A DNA stretch of 64,000 nucleotides, taken from positions 1,860,001 to 1,924,000 of the forward strand of contig OZ287081.1 of the NCBI GenBank assembly GCA_965645245.1. The letters are read 5' to 3'. This document shows, one piece after another, positions 12,101-24,774 of this stretch. The notes beneath the pieces were generated by a model, which was not told the origin of the DNA, did no database searches, and saw only the letters and a program-made list of their open reading frames with translations. Numbering within the stretch: position 1 is the first letter of the stretch; every line of letters begins with the position of its first letter. The DNA comes from Massalongia carnosa (Eukaryota). A program made the position numbers and the translations under genes.

Positions 12101-13050
12101 ATGACCACTGTGAGTGAACTGCTCACTGTGGGAGTTGTAGTGACTGTGGTGTCTGGAGTTGACGTGGTGACTTCTGGCTTGGAGTTCTTTTGTCTCTTGA
12201 CCCTCCCTGATTCAGCCGTGTCTCCTCTCGCCCGTTTTAGATGGGGGAATTTCTGGAAACACTCATCTGGCCAATGTCGTGTTCTGTTCCTATTTACACA
12301 CTCTGGAACGGTGCAACTTCCGATAGGTGCTCTACCTCTGTTGGAAGCGCTAGTGTGAAAAGCCTTGACAGTTAGGTTTCGTGCATAGGCTATGAGGATT
12401 TTTGTTGTTTCCGAAAGGTTTGTGGTGTCGTGCGTCCAGTCCCTGCGGAGTTGTGCAATGAGCGGGTCATACTTGTCTGTGCAGTTACCAAGCAGCATTC
12501 CCTGAAGTACAAACTCTATGGAGTCGACGTTCACCTTGACCTCTTCGATCAACATGCCCTTGATCTGATTGAAGGCACCGTCATACTCTGAACAGTATTG
12601 ACTGACTGTGTCGAAGTCTCTCATCTTTTTCGTACTAACCCTCAAGATGACATCCGTGATGCTCATTGGTGCCACGTCCTGGAATCTATTCTTCAGAATG
12701 GCCCACATCTCGGCAGCGGTCTTGTTATTGATGAGGTTGTAGTGACATGGTGCAACCAGTCCATGGATGATTCCAATAGCCTTGGTCATCTCGGTTTTCT
12801 GTCTGTTCTTATCATCCCGAAGTTCTTTGACGAGGATGCTGGTAGTAAGACTGGCCGGAGTAAACCCTGATACGATGAGGCTCTCTCTGATGGAGTCCAA
12901 TGAGATCTCTGGTTCGGTTTCCAGAATGGCTGTGTCACAGTTATTCTTCAGCAGAATACCTCTGGTGTAACTAGCCCATGCTGAGTAGTGTTCCGAGTTC
13001 TCTAGAAGGTGAGGCTTCTCTGTGGAACTGTTGATGTCAGGAAGAGACAT
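9139..13050 (-). pseudogene. Copia gag-pol polyprotein (premature stop at 9607-9609, RNase H truncated)
   Basis: Protease WLLDSAADMH; WHARLGH; integrase HSDLVGP...FRTDFGTE...EQNGVSER; RT SFVDDL; RNase H YSDSNWAG. Confidence 0.92.
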
Positions 13051-13699
13051 GATGAAGTCAGATGAAGAGAGTCAGATGAAGATGAAGAAGAGGTCTCTAG
13101 TAAACTTCTGTAGATTGAAAGGTATCTAAGTTTCTGAGATTGGTGCAGGAGTAGGATGTGCACTGGAATGAATGGAGGAGATGGGAATATGTGCTCTAGT
13201 TATAGACAAAACATTTCCCTTCCTTTGTCATCAAACTGTGATGTTCCTTTCTTTGCCACAACGCTTGTACCCTCATGAAAGAACTCTCTTCAGATGGTGA
13301 AACTTTCACTTGGTGGTGTGGAGATAGGGGCTGTCGAAACCACGGTCCGACCGTTCCATTTAATAGGCCGGGCCTGTTAAATGGAATAAGGTTTTTTCCG
13401 GATTCCGAATTTCCCGATTGAGGCGTTCTCCTTAATTGAAGTCTGATTACTCCATCTGTATACGCGTAGACTAGTCTGAAAGTCTGTTAATGAATGATGC
13501 AGCAAGGATCAAACCTTGGAACTGAATTTCCTAAGTCTGTCTCTGGATCAAAGTATGTTGAGTGGTGATGCAGCAAAAGTCAGAATGAAGTCTGCCCTTG
13601 GGTCAACGTCAGTCAATTGATGATTTAGCAGAAATCGGAGTTTCATGAGTGGTCAAGGCCGCGCTGCGCGGTTTTTGAACAAAACTCAGTGAAAAGGTC

Positions 13700-14072
13700 T
13701 GTTCCTGGGTCAAAGTCAAATGAATGATGATGCAGCAGAGGTCAATCGTTGGAACTGGTCCACTGGAGTTCTGTCTCTGGGTCAAAGTCAAATGAATGAT
13801 GATGCAGCAGAGGTCAATCGTTGGAACTGGTCCACTGGAGTTCTGTCTCTGGGTCAAAGTCAAATGAATGATGATGCAGCAGAGGTCACTCATTGGAACT
13901 GGTCCACTAGAGTCTATCTCTGGGTCAATGTCAAATGAGTGATGATGCAGCAGAGGTCAAACCTTGGAGCTAGTCCACTGGAGTCTGCCTCTGGGTCAAA
14001 AGTCAAATGGATGGTGATGCAGCAGAGGTCAAACAATGGAATTGGTCCACTGGAGTCTGCCTCTGGGTCAAC
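13700..14072. repeat. 72-bp tandem array (~5 copies plus degenerate copies from ~13490) in the Copia A leader
   Basis: Unit caaagtcaaatgaatgatgatgcagcagaggtcaatcgttggaactggtccactggagttctgtctctgggt starting at 13711, 13783, 13855 and onward. Confidence 0.9.
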
Positions 14073-14910
14073 GTCATCCTCCGGAGTGCCTCTCAGATAT
14101 TCGGGCATGAGAGCATTCTGATGGTCTGATATGAAGAGAATGTCTTCTGATGCTTGTAGTCTGGCAAAGAGCCTCTCTGCTTATGATGTAGATGATTTCC
14201 ATGCTCTTTCTGATAACCCTTTGTAGGTAGGGAACGCTGGATCAGGTGGCGTTGTTGTTAAACGTCTCTATCTGATTGAGAGGTTGTCATGATGTGCTTT
14301 CACGAAGCTGTTCAACTAGCTAGACTTGCGGGTGCGAATCCCGCCTGATTCAGGTCTGTAAACAAGTAGAGATTTAGTCTTTGCATTGTCCGTCTAGTTC
14401 TTTTCGAGAAAGGATAATGATGCTCAGCTAATGATTTTGCATCGTGATGCTGCGGATAAGAATTGCTTCGATTCCTGTATGATCGATAGCGCCCTTCCGG
14501 GCTCATAACCTGTTGAATAGGTCTATGACTATGGCTATATGACTATGTAAAGATAGGGGCCTGTATGACCATGATGTTAAGGATGCAGAGTTGCTACGGA
14601 GTGCAGAGCAATCTGTTCCCTTTATATTGGTCACCTCTGCTAAGCGAGATGATAATAGTTTATCCGAGCCTCTATGCGATTAGATTAGATCTGATCTTAT
14701 CTAATCTATCGGCTAGGCAATGCTGGTAGAAGTTGAACATTCAACACATGCTTTAACTTTCGCACTTTTTAGCTAGCACTAGAAATTGCATTCGTTACCC
14801 ATACAAGCCCTCAATAGTCATTGTGATCACGTAGAATTGCTCCCCGACTCTGTAGCTATCTTGGCCGAAAGTTATATCGTCCCTTCTGTTGTGGCTGCAT
14901 TGTGGCAACC

Positions 14911-16599
14911 ATGGGGAGCTCTTTTGTCGTGCCCAACGACGCCCCCCCCGATTCACTAGACGAGCATCGTCACTTCCTCACCAATGTGCTTAATAACTTA
15001 ACTAACTGCGAGGCATATCAGAAGCAAAGACCTATGAAGGTTCAGTCTTACACCCCGTTACTCTCCAGTATGCTCAGCCTACTGGAGAAGATGCGCAACC
15101 AGCCCACAATGGATCAGCTCCAAGCTACCATCAACCAAATAAAGAACACTACAGAGCAAACGCTCACTAAAGTCACCTATGTCGAGCGCAAGCAAGACAC
15201 CGCCCGCACAACACCCACCACCTCCTCCGCGGCCACTACTGGCTACAAGAGGACGATAACCTGGGCAGAACGGGCAGCCTTTGCTGCCTCGGCCCCAACG
15301 ATCTCTACGCTTTCGGGGACGTCCATCCCCGCTCCTATACTAGAAGAGAAAGCTCGTGAAATCGTCGTCAAACTGAACAACGAAGCCATAGCAAAGGATC
15401 TGGCCAAACTGGCCTCCTCAGCGCTCAAAGACAGAATCAACGCGGCAATATCTAACGCGTTAAAGGATCATAACAACACGAGAATTCCGACCAATCAAAA
15501 CGCTCCCACCCCCCCTATTTCCAATGGCACAGCCAAGGCAGCAGCCATAGCAATAGCAGCAAGGGTCCTCCCTAGCGGAGACCTACAGGTAATAGTCAAC
15601 AACGCCTCAGACACGGAACGACTAAGAAAAGACACCCGGTGGGCCATCAGGCTATCGAGCAAAGCTACTATAATACAGCCAAGCTTCGGCTTAATCGCGC
15701 ACTTTGTACCGGCTAATCTAAGCATGACAGACATCAAGGAACGCCTCTGGGAGGAAAATAAGTCACATATGCCCGTTAGGAATAGGGTAACAGGAGTAGA
15801 ATGGTTGTCCCGCACGAGTAAGGCAGGAGCCACAGCTAGATCCATGGTGGTATACTTTGAGAACGAATTAGACTGCAATGCCATTTTGGCCTCGCAGCTA
15901 TATTTGGATGGGAGATCTTTCGCGGTGGAAAGACATGTTCCGGAGGCCAGGCTTAGGCAATGTTTCCGGTGCGGTAAGTATGGTCACACGAGCCATGCTT
16001 GCCGACAGAAGCATCAAACATGCTTCAAATGTTCCGAAAGTCACCACATGACCGATTGCAAATCGGTCACTCTCAAATGCAATGCGTGTGGCAAGGAAGG
16101 CCACGGGGCAAGCGCAGAGTCTTGCCCGGAGCGAAAGAAGGAAAAGGCCCGAATGAAGCGGGCCAAAGAAGAAGCTCTCCCCTTCTGGCCTCTCAGGGCC
16201 TCCTCAAGGGAGACCCTAGATGGTCAGGAACAAGAACGGAGCAGTCCGCCGGCATCGACCACGCCGACGGTCACGACAAGCAGTGAGGTGACCCCAGCCT
16301 CAACCCAGGTGGAACAGGGCCCTCGAACGGGCTCTGTACGAGAGAAAGATTGGCAAACCGTGCCAACTCTCCGCAAGGGGAAGAAGCGGGCGCATGGGGA
16401 GGTAGAGCCCCTGGCAGACAACCCCAGTTCTACCAACAGGAGCATGGCACAAGCAGCTTCTAAGAAGGGAAAGAAGAAACCCTCCTCGAAGGCTGTGGAG
16501 GTCTTGAGCGATAAGGAGAACGACGATAGTTCTTCAATGACCACCAGATCGGCAACCCGTCGCTTGCAGCCCAGTACTCAGACAGAAGAGGAACTATGA
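14911..16599 (+). CDS. LINE ORF1 gag-like protein with three CCHC knuckles
   Basis: CFRCGKYGHTSHAC, CFKCSESHHMTDC, CNACGKEGHGASAESC; first ATG at 14911. Confidence 0.92.
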   Translation: MGSSFVVPNDAPPDSLDEHRHFLTNVLNNLTNCEAYQKQRPMKVQSYTPLLSSMLSLLEKMRNQPTMDQLQATINQIKNTTEQTLTKVTYVERKQDTARTTPTTSSAATTGYKRTITWAERAAFAASAPTISTLSGTSIPAPILEEKAREIVVKLNNEAIAKDLAKLASSALKDRINAAISNALKDHNNTRIPTNQNAPTPPISNGTAKAAAIAIAARVLPSGDLQVIVNNASDTERLRKDTRWAIRLSSKATIIQPSFGLIAHFVPANLSMTDIKERLWEENKSHMPVRNRVTGVEWLSRTSKAGATARSMVVYFENELDCNAILASQLYLDGRSFAVERHVPEARLRQCFRCGKYGHTSHACRQKHQTCFKCSESHHMTDCKSVTLKCNACGKEGHGASAESCPERKKEKARMKRAKEEALPFWPLRASSRETLDGQEQERSSPPASTTPTVTTSSEVTPASTQVEQGPRTGSVREKDWQTVPTLRKGKKRAHGEVEPLADNPSSTNRSMAQAASKKGKKKPSSKAVEVLSDKENDDSSSMTTRSATRRLQPSTQTEEEL

Positions 16600-19500
16600 G
16601 TGAATACACCCACTATCTATCCATACTTCAGTACAACTGCAACAAATCCAAGAACACTGTCATGGCGGACTTCCTTCGCAGGGAGGAAACCATGAAATAC
16701 GGCATCCTGGCCATCCAGGAACCCTGGGCGGGGAACCCCTATCAACACACTACGCACAATCCGGTCAAAAATGTTTTCCACCTTCTCTATCCCCCCGAAA
16801 CAGGAGAACAAGAGCTCCCTCCGAGAGTATGCATGTTCGTCAACAAAGACATAGCAAGCGCCTCTTGGAAGGTAACCTTCCACTCTCCCGATCTGATGAC
16901 TTTGCACTTGGAATTTCCTGGCGAAACCCAGCGAGTCATCAATATCCATAACATCTACAATCCCTCCCCCTCTCAGGGAAACTACAGCACCTTGCCAGAC
17001 CTAAGCAAGGCGCTAGAGGTGGAGGGAGAACACATAGTGGTAGGGGACTTCAATCTTCACCATCCCCTATGGACTGGCGAAGACTACCATCATCAACATC
17101 CGGAGGCAGACCAACTACTTGAGATTCTCGATCAAAGCGAGCTAGAACTTCTGCTCCCCCCTGGCACCATAACATACGATCATAGAGCAGCACAGAGCAC
17201 GATAGACTTAACGTTCGCAACCCCCGCAGTGGCTTCAGCCGTACTCATGTGCGATGTGAGAAGAGAGTTGGATTGTGACTCAGATCACTACCCCATTGGC
17301 ACAGCATTCGATACCACCACAGTTAAGAGGGCCATAAGGTCCTCTCGCATGTGGTCTAAGACTGATAGGAAAAAGCTACTAGACACGATGACAGACAAGC
17401 TCCCGGCACCTAGGAGCGTGAGCACAGTTCAAGAACTCGACAACTTGGCCCATGAGTTAGTTGAAGCTATCCAGCACGCAGTGGAGACAGCAGTCCCACT
17501 TTCTAGAGGGTGCAATCATTCAAAACCTGGCTTTACCCCGGAATGCAAAGAGGCAGTCACCCTATGCAGACGTCTCAGGCGCAAGCATAAGGAAACGCGC
17601 TCTCTAGAAGACTGGGAAGCCTACCGAGAGGCGAGAAACAGCAAAAACAAAATCGTACAAAAAGCTCTTAAGACAACACATAGGGACAGGGTAGAGGAGG
17701 CCACCAGCACTCCAGATGGTCTCTGGAAGCTTGCGAAATGGGCAAAGAACAGGTCGACCCCATTCCAAGCCTTCACCCCAACCCTAATGAAAAGCGATGG
17801 CTCCAAAGTGACGGAGGCTTCGGGCAAGGCTGAACTGCTTCGCAGACAGTTTTTTCCTATCCCGGACGCGACCAATCTTGAAGACATCGCCGATTATCAC
17901 TATCCAGAGCCAATCCAATTTGCTCCCATCTCAGCTCGGGAAATAACTAAAGCCATCACAAAGGCAGCACCACTCTCGGCCCCAGGCCCCGACGGACTGC
18001 CTAATAGAATCCTCAGAGATGTGTTACCGCTCATCATGCCCACACTTGTAGCTCTGTATAACGCCAGCTGGGAACTGGGTCATCACCCCAATGCTTTCAG
18101 AGAATCCACCACGGTGGTTCTCAGAAAACCAGCTAAGGCCGACTACAGTTTGCCGAATTCATACAGACCCATAGCCTTGCTCAACACTTTAGGTAAGACT
18201 ATGGAGAAGATCATTGCAACCAGAATCAATCACGCGGTGGAGACCGAGAGCCTACTTCCCAGACTCCATATAGGCGGCAGGCGAGCTAGATCACCCGAAC
18301 ACGCCCTCCATCTGCTTCTAGAGGCCATCCACGCAGCCTGGCTTAACAACGAAGTGGCCACAGTGCTCATGCTGGACATCTCGGGTGCTTACGATAACGT
18401 ATCCCACGAAAGACTACTGCACAACCTACGGAAGAGAAGAATAGGCGGCAACATAGCTAAATGGATCGAAAGCTTCCTTCAGGAAAGGAAAACGACCATC
18501 GCCATGCCTGACTACACCTCGCAACCATTCACCACGAACTTTGGAGTCCCTCAAGGATCCCCTATATCTCCTATTCTTTATCTCTTCTACAACGCCGACC
18601 TCATGGAAGAGGAAGGGCCCAAAAAGATGAACTTGGGCTATGTCGATGACATATCCAAACTAATTATTGGAACTTCAGCAGAACAGAACTGTAGAAATCT
18701 CGAAGCCTCGTTCATGACGAGAGAGCAGAAATGGGCGGACACACACGCCTCCAAATTTGCCCCCGCCAAATTCCAGCTCTTGCACTTTATCAAAGGACCC
18801 TCAGAGACGGATTTGAACCCCCCAGAGAGAGCTATCTCCCTAGCGGGCAAAACCATCAAGCCACAGCATACCGCCACCTACCTGGGCGCCACATTCGACG
18901 ACAAGCTCAAATGGCACGCCCATTTAAGGAAACTGGAAGCCAAAACCTCAAAGAGACTGGGGGCCCTAGGCAGCCTTGCGGGCTCCACATGGGGCACCAG
19001 TCTTGCGAGCCTTCGAAGGATCTATCAAGCCACCATACTACCGCAACTCACCTTTGGATGCTCTGCATGGTATGTTCCCGAGGGCGGATACGGGACTATC
19101 ACGCAAGCAACCGCCGTGCTCAAAGCCGTCAGATCTATTCAGCGACGGGCGGCACTGATCATTTCAGGGGCATTTAGAACAACCTCGGGCCCGGCCTTGG
19201 ATATGGAGCTTCACCTCCTGCCTGGCCGGCAACGCATGGAGCAGGCAGTGAACGAGTCACTACTGCGCATACGTTCAAGCCCCCTTTACGCCATAATACG
19301 TGAGATCCGCGCCTGGACAAGCCAAGCGGACTCCCACTATCGATACTGGAGCCCTCTAGCTAAGCTAGAGTCCCGCTTAATGACTTCGGGGAAATGCCCT
19401 CAACCCTGGCGGTTAGAGGTCATTCTTCCATTCATAGTGGAACCATGGTGGTCTCCCCCCGAAACGCACATTGCTTCCAGTAAAGAGGAAGCAATCAAAG

Positions 19501-20450
19501 AGCATGACAAGATGACATCAGAGCCGAACCAAATAGTCATATACACGGATGGGAGTGATAACCCCTTCGGAGTTGGTGCGGCAGCAGTCATCCCCAGCGA
19601 CAACACACGGGTAGGAACCCGCCTCGGAACGAACAAAGAAGCCACAGTTTACCTCGCGGAACTAGTGGGCATCGACTTGGGACTGGCGGCGGCTATTGCA
19701 CGATGGCAAGGGGAGATAATAACGGTTTTTGCAGATAATCAATCAGCCATCAAATCAGTAGCCGACCCCGGAACTCAATCAGGTCAGTTCATACTACGCG
19801 AGATCATTGGAAAACTCCACGCATGCCGGGAGATGCAGGCCAGAGTCAGACTCTGCTGGATACCTGGGCATATGGGAGTAGAAGGCAACGAGATAGCAGA
19901 CCAAGCAGCAAAAGAAGCATCAGGCTGGTTAGAACATGGCCAGAGTCCCTCCATCACCCACTTCGACTTCCTCGGACACACAGTGAAGTCGGCGATAAAA
20001 CGCAACATGAGGACAATGATCAGCAAAGAATGGGCTGGGGATTGGGAGGCAGAAAAACGCGGACAGATGACGAAAAAGCTCCTCCCCCAGCCCACTAACA
20101 AGGTCTTGCAGCTCTACCAGGGGCTTCACAAGTCAATGAGTTCCACCCTGGTGCAGATGAGAACAGGTAAGATTGGTCTACGCAAGTATCTCTCAGATAT
20201 AGGCCGCACCGAAACGGGCGAATGCCCATGCGGCTTCGGTTATCAAACAGTTCACCATGTGCTTCTGGAGTGCGTCAGGCACCATCGATTGCGCATGGAG
20301 ACTATCTGGATAGGCCGGAAGGTGTTCGATCTCCAAGAAATTTTTAGCACCCCAAGACTGGCCAAGGCAGCATCCAAATTCATGCTATCCTCACGTCTCC
20401 TCGGCCAATTTGGAGACGTGAGGATAGCAACCGAACAATCCACGAGTTAA
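16596..20450 (+). CDS. LINE ORF2: AP endonuclease, reverse transcriptase, RNase H and C-terminal Cys/His motif
   Basis: LQYNCNK, AIQEPW, VGDFNLHH, SDHYPI; GVPQGSPISP, GYVDD; YTDGS...WIPGHMGVEGNEIADQAAK; CPCG...HHVLLEC. Confidence 0.96.
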   Translation: MSEYTHYLSILQYNCNKSKNTVMADFLRREETMKYGILAIQEPWAGNPYQHTTHNPVKNVFHLLYPPETGEQELPPRVCMFVNKDIASASWKVTFHSPDLMTLHLEFPGETQRVINIHNIYNPSPSQGNYSTLPDLSKALEVEGEHIVVGDFNLHHPLWTGEDYHHQHPEADQLLEILDQSELELLLPPGTITYDHRAAQSTIDLTFATPAVASAVLMCDVRRELDCDSDHYPIGTAFDTTTVKRAIRSSRMWSKTDRKKLLDTMTDKLPAPRSVSTVQELDNLAHELVEAIQHAVETAVPLSRGCNHSKPGFTPECKEAVTLCRRLRRKHKETRSLEDWEAYREARNSKNKIVQKALKTTHRDRVEEATSTPDGLWKLAKWAKNRSTPFQAFTPTLMKSDGSKVTEASGKAELLRRQFFPIPDATNLEDIADYHYPEPIQFAPISAREITKAITKAAPLSAPGPDGLPNRILRDVLPLIMPTLVALYNASWELGHHPNAFRESTTVVLRKPAKADYSLPNSYRPIALLNTLGKTMEKIIATRINHAVETESLLPRLHIGGRRARSPEHALHLLLEAIHAAWLNNEVATVLMLDISGAYDNVSHERLLHNLRKRRIGGNIAKWIESFLQERKTTIAMPDYTSQPFTTNFGVPQGSPISPILYLFYNADLMEEEGPKKMNLGYVDDISKLIIGTSAEQNCRNLEASFMTREQKWADTHASKFAPAKFQLLHFIKGPSETDLNPPERAISLAGKTIKPQHTATYLGATFDDKLKWHAHLRKLEAKTSKRLGALGSLAGSTWGTSLASLRRIYQATILPQLTFGCSAWYVPEGGYGTITQATAVLKAVRSIQRRAALIISGAFRTTSGPALDMELHLLPGRQRMEQAVNESLLRIRSSPLYAIIREIRAWTSQADSHYRYWSPLAKLESRLMTSGKCPQPWRLEVILPFIVEPWWSPPETHIASSKEEAIKEHDKMTSEPNQIVIYTDGSDNPFGVGAAAVIPSDNTRVGTRLGTNKEATVYLAELVGIDLGLAAAIARWQGEIITVFADNQSAIKSVADPGTQSGQFILREIIGKLHACREMQARVRLCWIPGHMGVEGNEIADQAAKEASGWLEHGQSPSITHFDFLGHTVKSAIKRNMRTMISKEWAGDWEAEKRGQMTKKLLPQPTNKVLQLYQGLHKSMSSTLVQMRTGKIGLRKYLSDIGRTETGECPCGFGYQTVHHVLLECVRHHRLRMETIWIGRKVFDLQEIFSTPRLAKAASKFMLSSRLLGQFGDVRIATEQSTS

Positions 20451-20818
20451 CGGCAGGCCGGCTCTTGTTTTATCCCGCTCACAGAATAGTCTCTACCATG
20501 GTAGGGCTTGCATGTATCAACACCAAGCACAGGGGCCCAGGAGGGTGGCGTTGGAGTTCTATTTATCGATTTGTCTCAAGCGGTTGGTCCCTCTGTTCGT
20601 GTCTTCTTTTCCCTCTTCCTTGCATTCATAACCCCTTGTACAGCTAAAAGAGTTTTTGTATTTTTGTACTTTCAGCGCTTAGTGCAGCAATTCTGCTCTC
20701 AGCAGACTTAGATACCTATCCCCTGGGACACCCCCCGATGTAGTTTAGCACTCCCGCATAAGGGCCTTCGGCCCTTGGATCGGTGTATGAATCAATCAAT
20801 CAATCAACACATGCTTTA

Positions 20819-23800
20819 GTGGATGCTATCACGTTCTCACAGCTTGAAGCTGCGGCTATAGAGGTTAAAAAAACCGGGAAATGTACCGATTCGACCAATA
20901 TTAAATAGGAGCGTCAGGTTCAGGTAGTGGCCGTCACGACACCACATTCCTTCGCTAAATGCGCGGATTAAGAAATTCATATGAAAGCATTGATGCTGAG
21001 CGATAGAATACCTGTTTTGTGGATTACGATTAATCCATCTGATCTACGCAGTGTTTAGTATTGGTTCTTGCTGGCATGCGATACGAGGACAGTAGTAAAG
21101 ACAATTCTGCAGAAGAATTTGCAAGAACTACAGCAATAATGAATCCAGTAGCAGTGGCTCAATTTTTTGCGGCTACTTGCAGAGGTATTTTTGAGCATTT
21201 ATTGGCCGCAGATTCTGAAGACGGAGGTCTTTTTGGGCCTGTATCAACATATTTTGGTATTGTGGAGACAAACGGCCGAGGAATGTTGCATTTGCATTGC
21301 CTCGTATGGCTTCGCGGTGTTTTTCACATATCAAAGCTACGCAATCAATTGCGTTCCGATCCTGCATACACAACTCGCATGATACAGTTTATCGATCGTA
21401 TAATTAAATGTTCCATTGTTCCTTCAGGAAGGTCGGATGTCCCAAAGCTGAACGCTCCATTAGCCTCTAAATGAGACTGATCAGGAATTCGCCCAAAGAC
21501 TGGAGGATTGATAGCAATCCCGTTGCCTCCAAGTGTCAATTGCATTCGTCGTCTCACAATGCAACGTTCTTTAAATATGGAGCCGCTGCCATCGGCCAAT
21601 GTCGATTTGACTTCCCGCGATCTTGTAACGATCAAACGAAAATGACGGAACAAGGCAATATCGAAGTGTTTAGAAACGTTGTCTGGATCAATCCTTGGTG
21701 TCCAGCATTTGCCTCCCTTATCAGGTCAAATCACGATATCAACTTCATTCCTTCGAATGTTAAAGCCTTGGCTCTCGTACGCTATATAAATAACTACGCT
21801 AGTAAGGGGGACTGCAGTCAAAATCAACGGGTTATGGGGCTGCATTTGTTCGCAAAGCCTTTGAAGATGCAGCAGATAAACGTGTCGCGGCTGGTCATCC
21901 AGAACAAATGAGGATCGTAGATGTTGACAAATTCGCTCTTTGGGCCTTTAATCGGCTCGCATATGATCGAGAAATTAGTGGCCCTCTTTGCTGCTAGTTC
22001 TCTGTTAGATTTGCCCGAATATTTTACCCCGTGCCGGAATACAAAAAGACTCAATCTGTTTGCTCTTCGTCAGAGATTTCCAAAATTGCTCTTTGCAGAC
22101 ATGTTTGAGTCAGATCCTATTGACAAATTTTGTACGTTTTCGTCCATTCAAAGAATTGCCAGTTAGCATGTTTGATCATTATCAATGGAGGGGATCAGAG
22201 CTAGCTCAGTATTCGCTATACGATTATTTCAAACTTATCACAATTGTCAGTGATCGCAATAGGGTCGACGACGATATTCCTTTCGGCAGCGGTCATCCAC
22301 ATCAACAATGTGGTGCGCAGCGTCCTTTAAAAGCATCTTCATGCAGCACTGTGGTGGCTCTGATAGGGTCATTGTCGACAAACGAGGCCGCTGAAGACGC
22401 TATACAGGGAGGCCATCCAGATACAGATGCAAGACAGAATGATCTGGGTTTGATTTAACTCGGTCTATATGTTCCCTGGGATCAACTGTCGAGAAAATTT
22501 CATGCTCATAATGCTACCATATCGTCCTTTCTCAATTTTACCTGGCAAATTTAGTTGGAGGCTACCAAAAATCTTGACGGATATGCGTTATATTGCGCTG
22601 ACAATATTTTACAGATGAGAAAAAGTCAAATAGAATCGAAATTAGATCAAGAACAGCGACGTGCTGCCAAGAATCAGGCCATGGAGATGTCAGTTCGATC
22701 CTTACAAGAAGAAAATGAAACCGGCCAGGCCGATGAAGCAGAAGAATCAAAAATCGACGAATATCTAGGCCTGCCAAATGCTCATACACTTTTGAATGCT
22801 GTAGATATAACTCGTCATCGATGGAGAGAAATGGATGCTGAAAACAGTCGCGGGGTTTCGGCTTTGTCTCATATGCAGCACTCTTTGCAAAAAGCTGACG
22901 ATGAGGGTACTTCTCAAAGCGATTTACGATATGATCTGAACCGATCTGGGGTGGAAACAAATATTTGCTCCTATCTTGACGTCAGTACCAATTTCAGCCA
23001 AATCACAACTGATTTATGGAAGAAGGTGCAAAATTCGGCCAACGCTCAACAGGGTGAATACGATGCTGAAGACAGAACAAATGACTTTAGCGATCATGTC
23101 GAGGCCTCTATACACCGCAGATCTGCTTTAGGGGAATTGGAGCCTGTAATAAATCATTTCATTTCATCAGAACCGATCGTCATGGATCTCAACTGCGGAG
23201 TCTTACTGCCTGATAGTGATTGCAAAAAACTTTCAGATCATATACACACTGTTTTGCTTTTGAATTACTTACAGCGATTGGTTGTCGAGGAGATTCTTGA
23301 TCACGTCATACAAACCAAGGGAAAAGCATGCCTCAGAAGAGAAGATCAGTTTTTATTGTACATCAGAGGTAAAGGAGGTGTGGGAAAAAGTCGAGTCGTA
23401 AAAGCTCTAGAGTTGGGCTTTGCTTTACTAAACAGACGAGCGGAGTTAATAATTACAGAACCAACTGGATGTGCGGCCGAGAGTATTGGGGGGAGCACCG
23501 TACACACAGCGTTGAAGCTTAACACTCGACGTGCAAATGATAGTATATCCAAAATAAATTCATCATGGACTCGGCGATCAGCCCTCGTCGTTGATGAAGT
23601 GAGTATGACTGATCTCAAAATACTCACTGCGATGGATAAGCAATTGCGAAAGGCTAGAGGTTCGGATTTTTCTTCCACCGCTCTCTTCGGAGGTCTACCT
23701 CTTGTAGTCCTTATAGGGGACTTTTATCAATTCGCCCCGGTAAGTGGACATGCTCTTCGGGATGAAGCTGTAGGTGAAGATGAGATACACGGGAAAACGT

Positions 23801-23979
23801 TATGGAATAATTTCACATACGTCATAACTCTCACAGAACAGATGCGTCAAAAAAACGATTCAGTATTCAAGCATTGCTCAAACGAGCAAGGAATGGAGAA
23901 CTCAATCTTGAAGACGTAGACACTCTGAACGATCGAGTCGCAACAAATCTTCAATCACGTGCTTCTATGAAGAACTTGG
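20819..23979 (+). pseudogene. Degenerate Helitron Rep/PIF1-helicase
   Basis: HUH motif VETNGRGMLHLHCLVW; YINNYASK; helicase motifs GKGGVGKS, PTGCAA, LVVDEVSM, IGDFYQFAPV, LTEQMRQ; many stops and frameshifts; both ends lost. Confidence 0.88.
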
Positions 23980-24696
23980 TGTTACGGGGGTTGGAGAGGT
24001 ATGAACGTCATTGAATCACACTAGGCGCTGATCCCGATTCGTCTAGATTGTGTCCCAACATTCCGCAGAGATTAAGGGCTATGGCTGTTATGGCATTCAC
24101 GCAAATCACATGGTAATTTGGTGATGTCAGCGGTTGTTCTCTGTGCTAATCATCGTAGAACATGACAAAGTTCTCGGATCGAGAAGATATGACGCTATTC
24201 TAGGTGAACTTCTGCGCTGGAAAAAGTCAGTCCAGAAAGCATTGGGAAGTAATGGTCAATCAGCTCAGGCTTTGAGTCTTAATTTCTATCCCCCGGTGAT
24301 TTTACATAGGACGTCGCTATCACTTGTAGTGTGTGTTGTCGAGAGCCCAGGATTCCTTCGCCTTGAATGCGTAGTTTAGGTACTCGAAAGCTGATCTTCT
24401 TGTTTTGTTAGTGGTGGATAAAGTTATAGCTCAGCGAGAAGGTACATCGACCGGCATTAGGATCGAGATGGATGACCGCAAAAAGCTGACGTCGGGGTAC
24501 GATGGCCGAGCAAGTCTCGAATCAGTTTGATGACAGTCATGCTTCGACCAGCCAGGTGGTCCGAGAATCCGTCTACAATGCAGCCTTTAGTCAGTCCTCT
24601 CGCCGCTAGTCGTGCTTCAAATCTAACCGAGACCCACAATAGAAGACCCCAGAACAACGGTGTGGCCCGACTCCACTGGTCAGTAATCTCATAACA
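23980..24696. mobile_element. Possible solo LTR joining the Helitron relic and the NLR relic
   Basis: TGTTA...TAACA termini; abruptly ends the helicase frame; flanks are not a clean TSD (cttgg/cattg). Confidence 0.35.
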
Positions 24697-24774
24697 CATT
24701 GGGCCCCCTTGTCCACTATGGACGCAGCCCTTCGATTTACTAGAAGACAAGTGACCACCTAACAGCTTCAATTA

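Larger units (their letters stand above)
9139..14746 (-). mobile_element. Ty1/Copia retrotransposon A, 3'-truncated
   Basis: 5' LTR 14511-14746 (TGTTGAA...TTCAACA); PBS GGTTATGAGCCC at 14499-14510; ~1.45-kb leader; RNase H is cut at ~9140 and no 3' LTR remains. Confidence 0.92.
14756..20803 (+). mobile_element. Full-length Tad1-like LINE 1
   Basis: Intact ORF1 and ORF2 overlapping at ATGA; (AATC)n tail; 15-bp TSD tcaacacatgcttta (14741-14755, 20804-20818). Confidence 0.95.

Noticed and set aside
13700..14072. CRISPR-like appearance of the tandem arrays (also 27954-28135 and 48488-48811)
   Set aside because: Contiguous repeats without unique spacers, no cas genes, and a eukaryotic retrotransposon-leader context.
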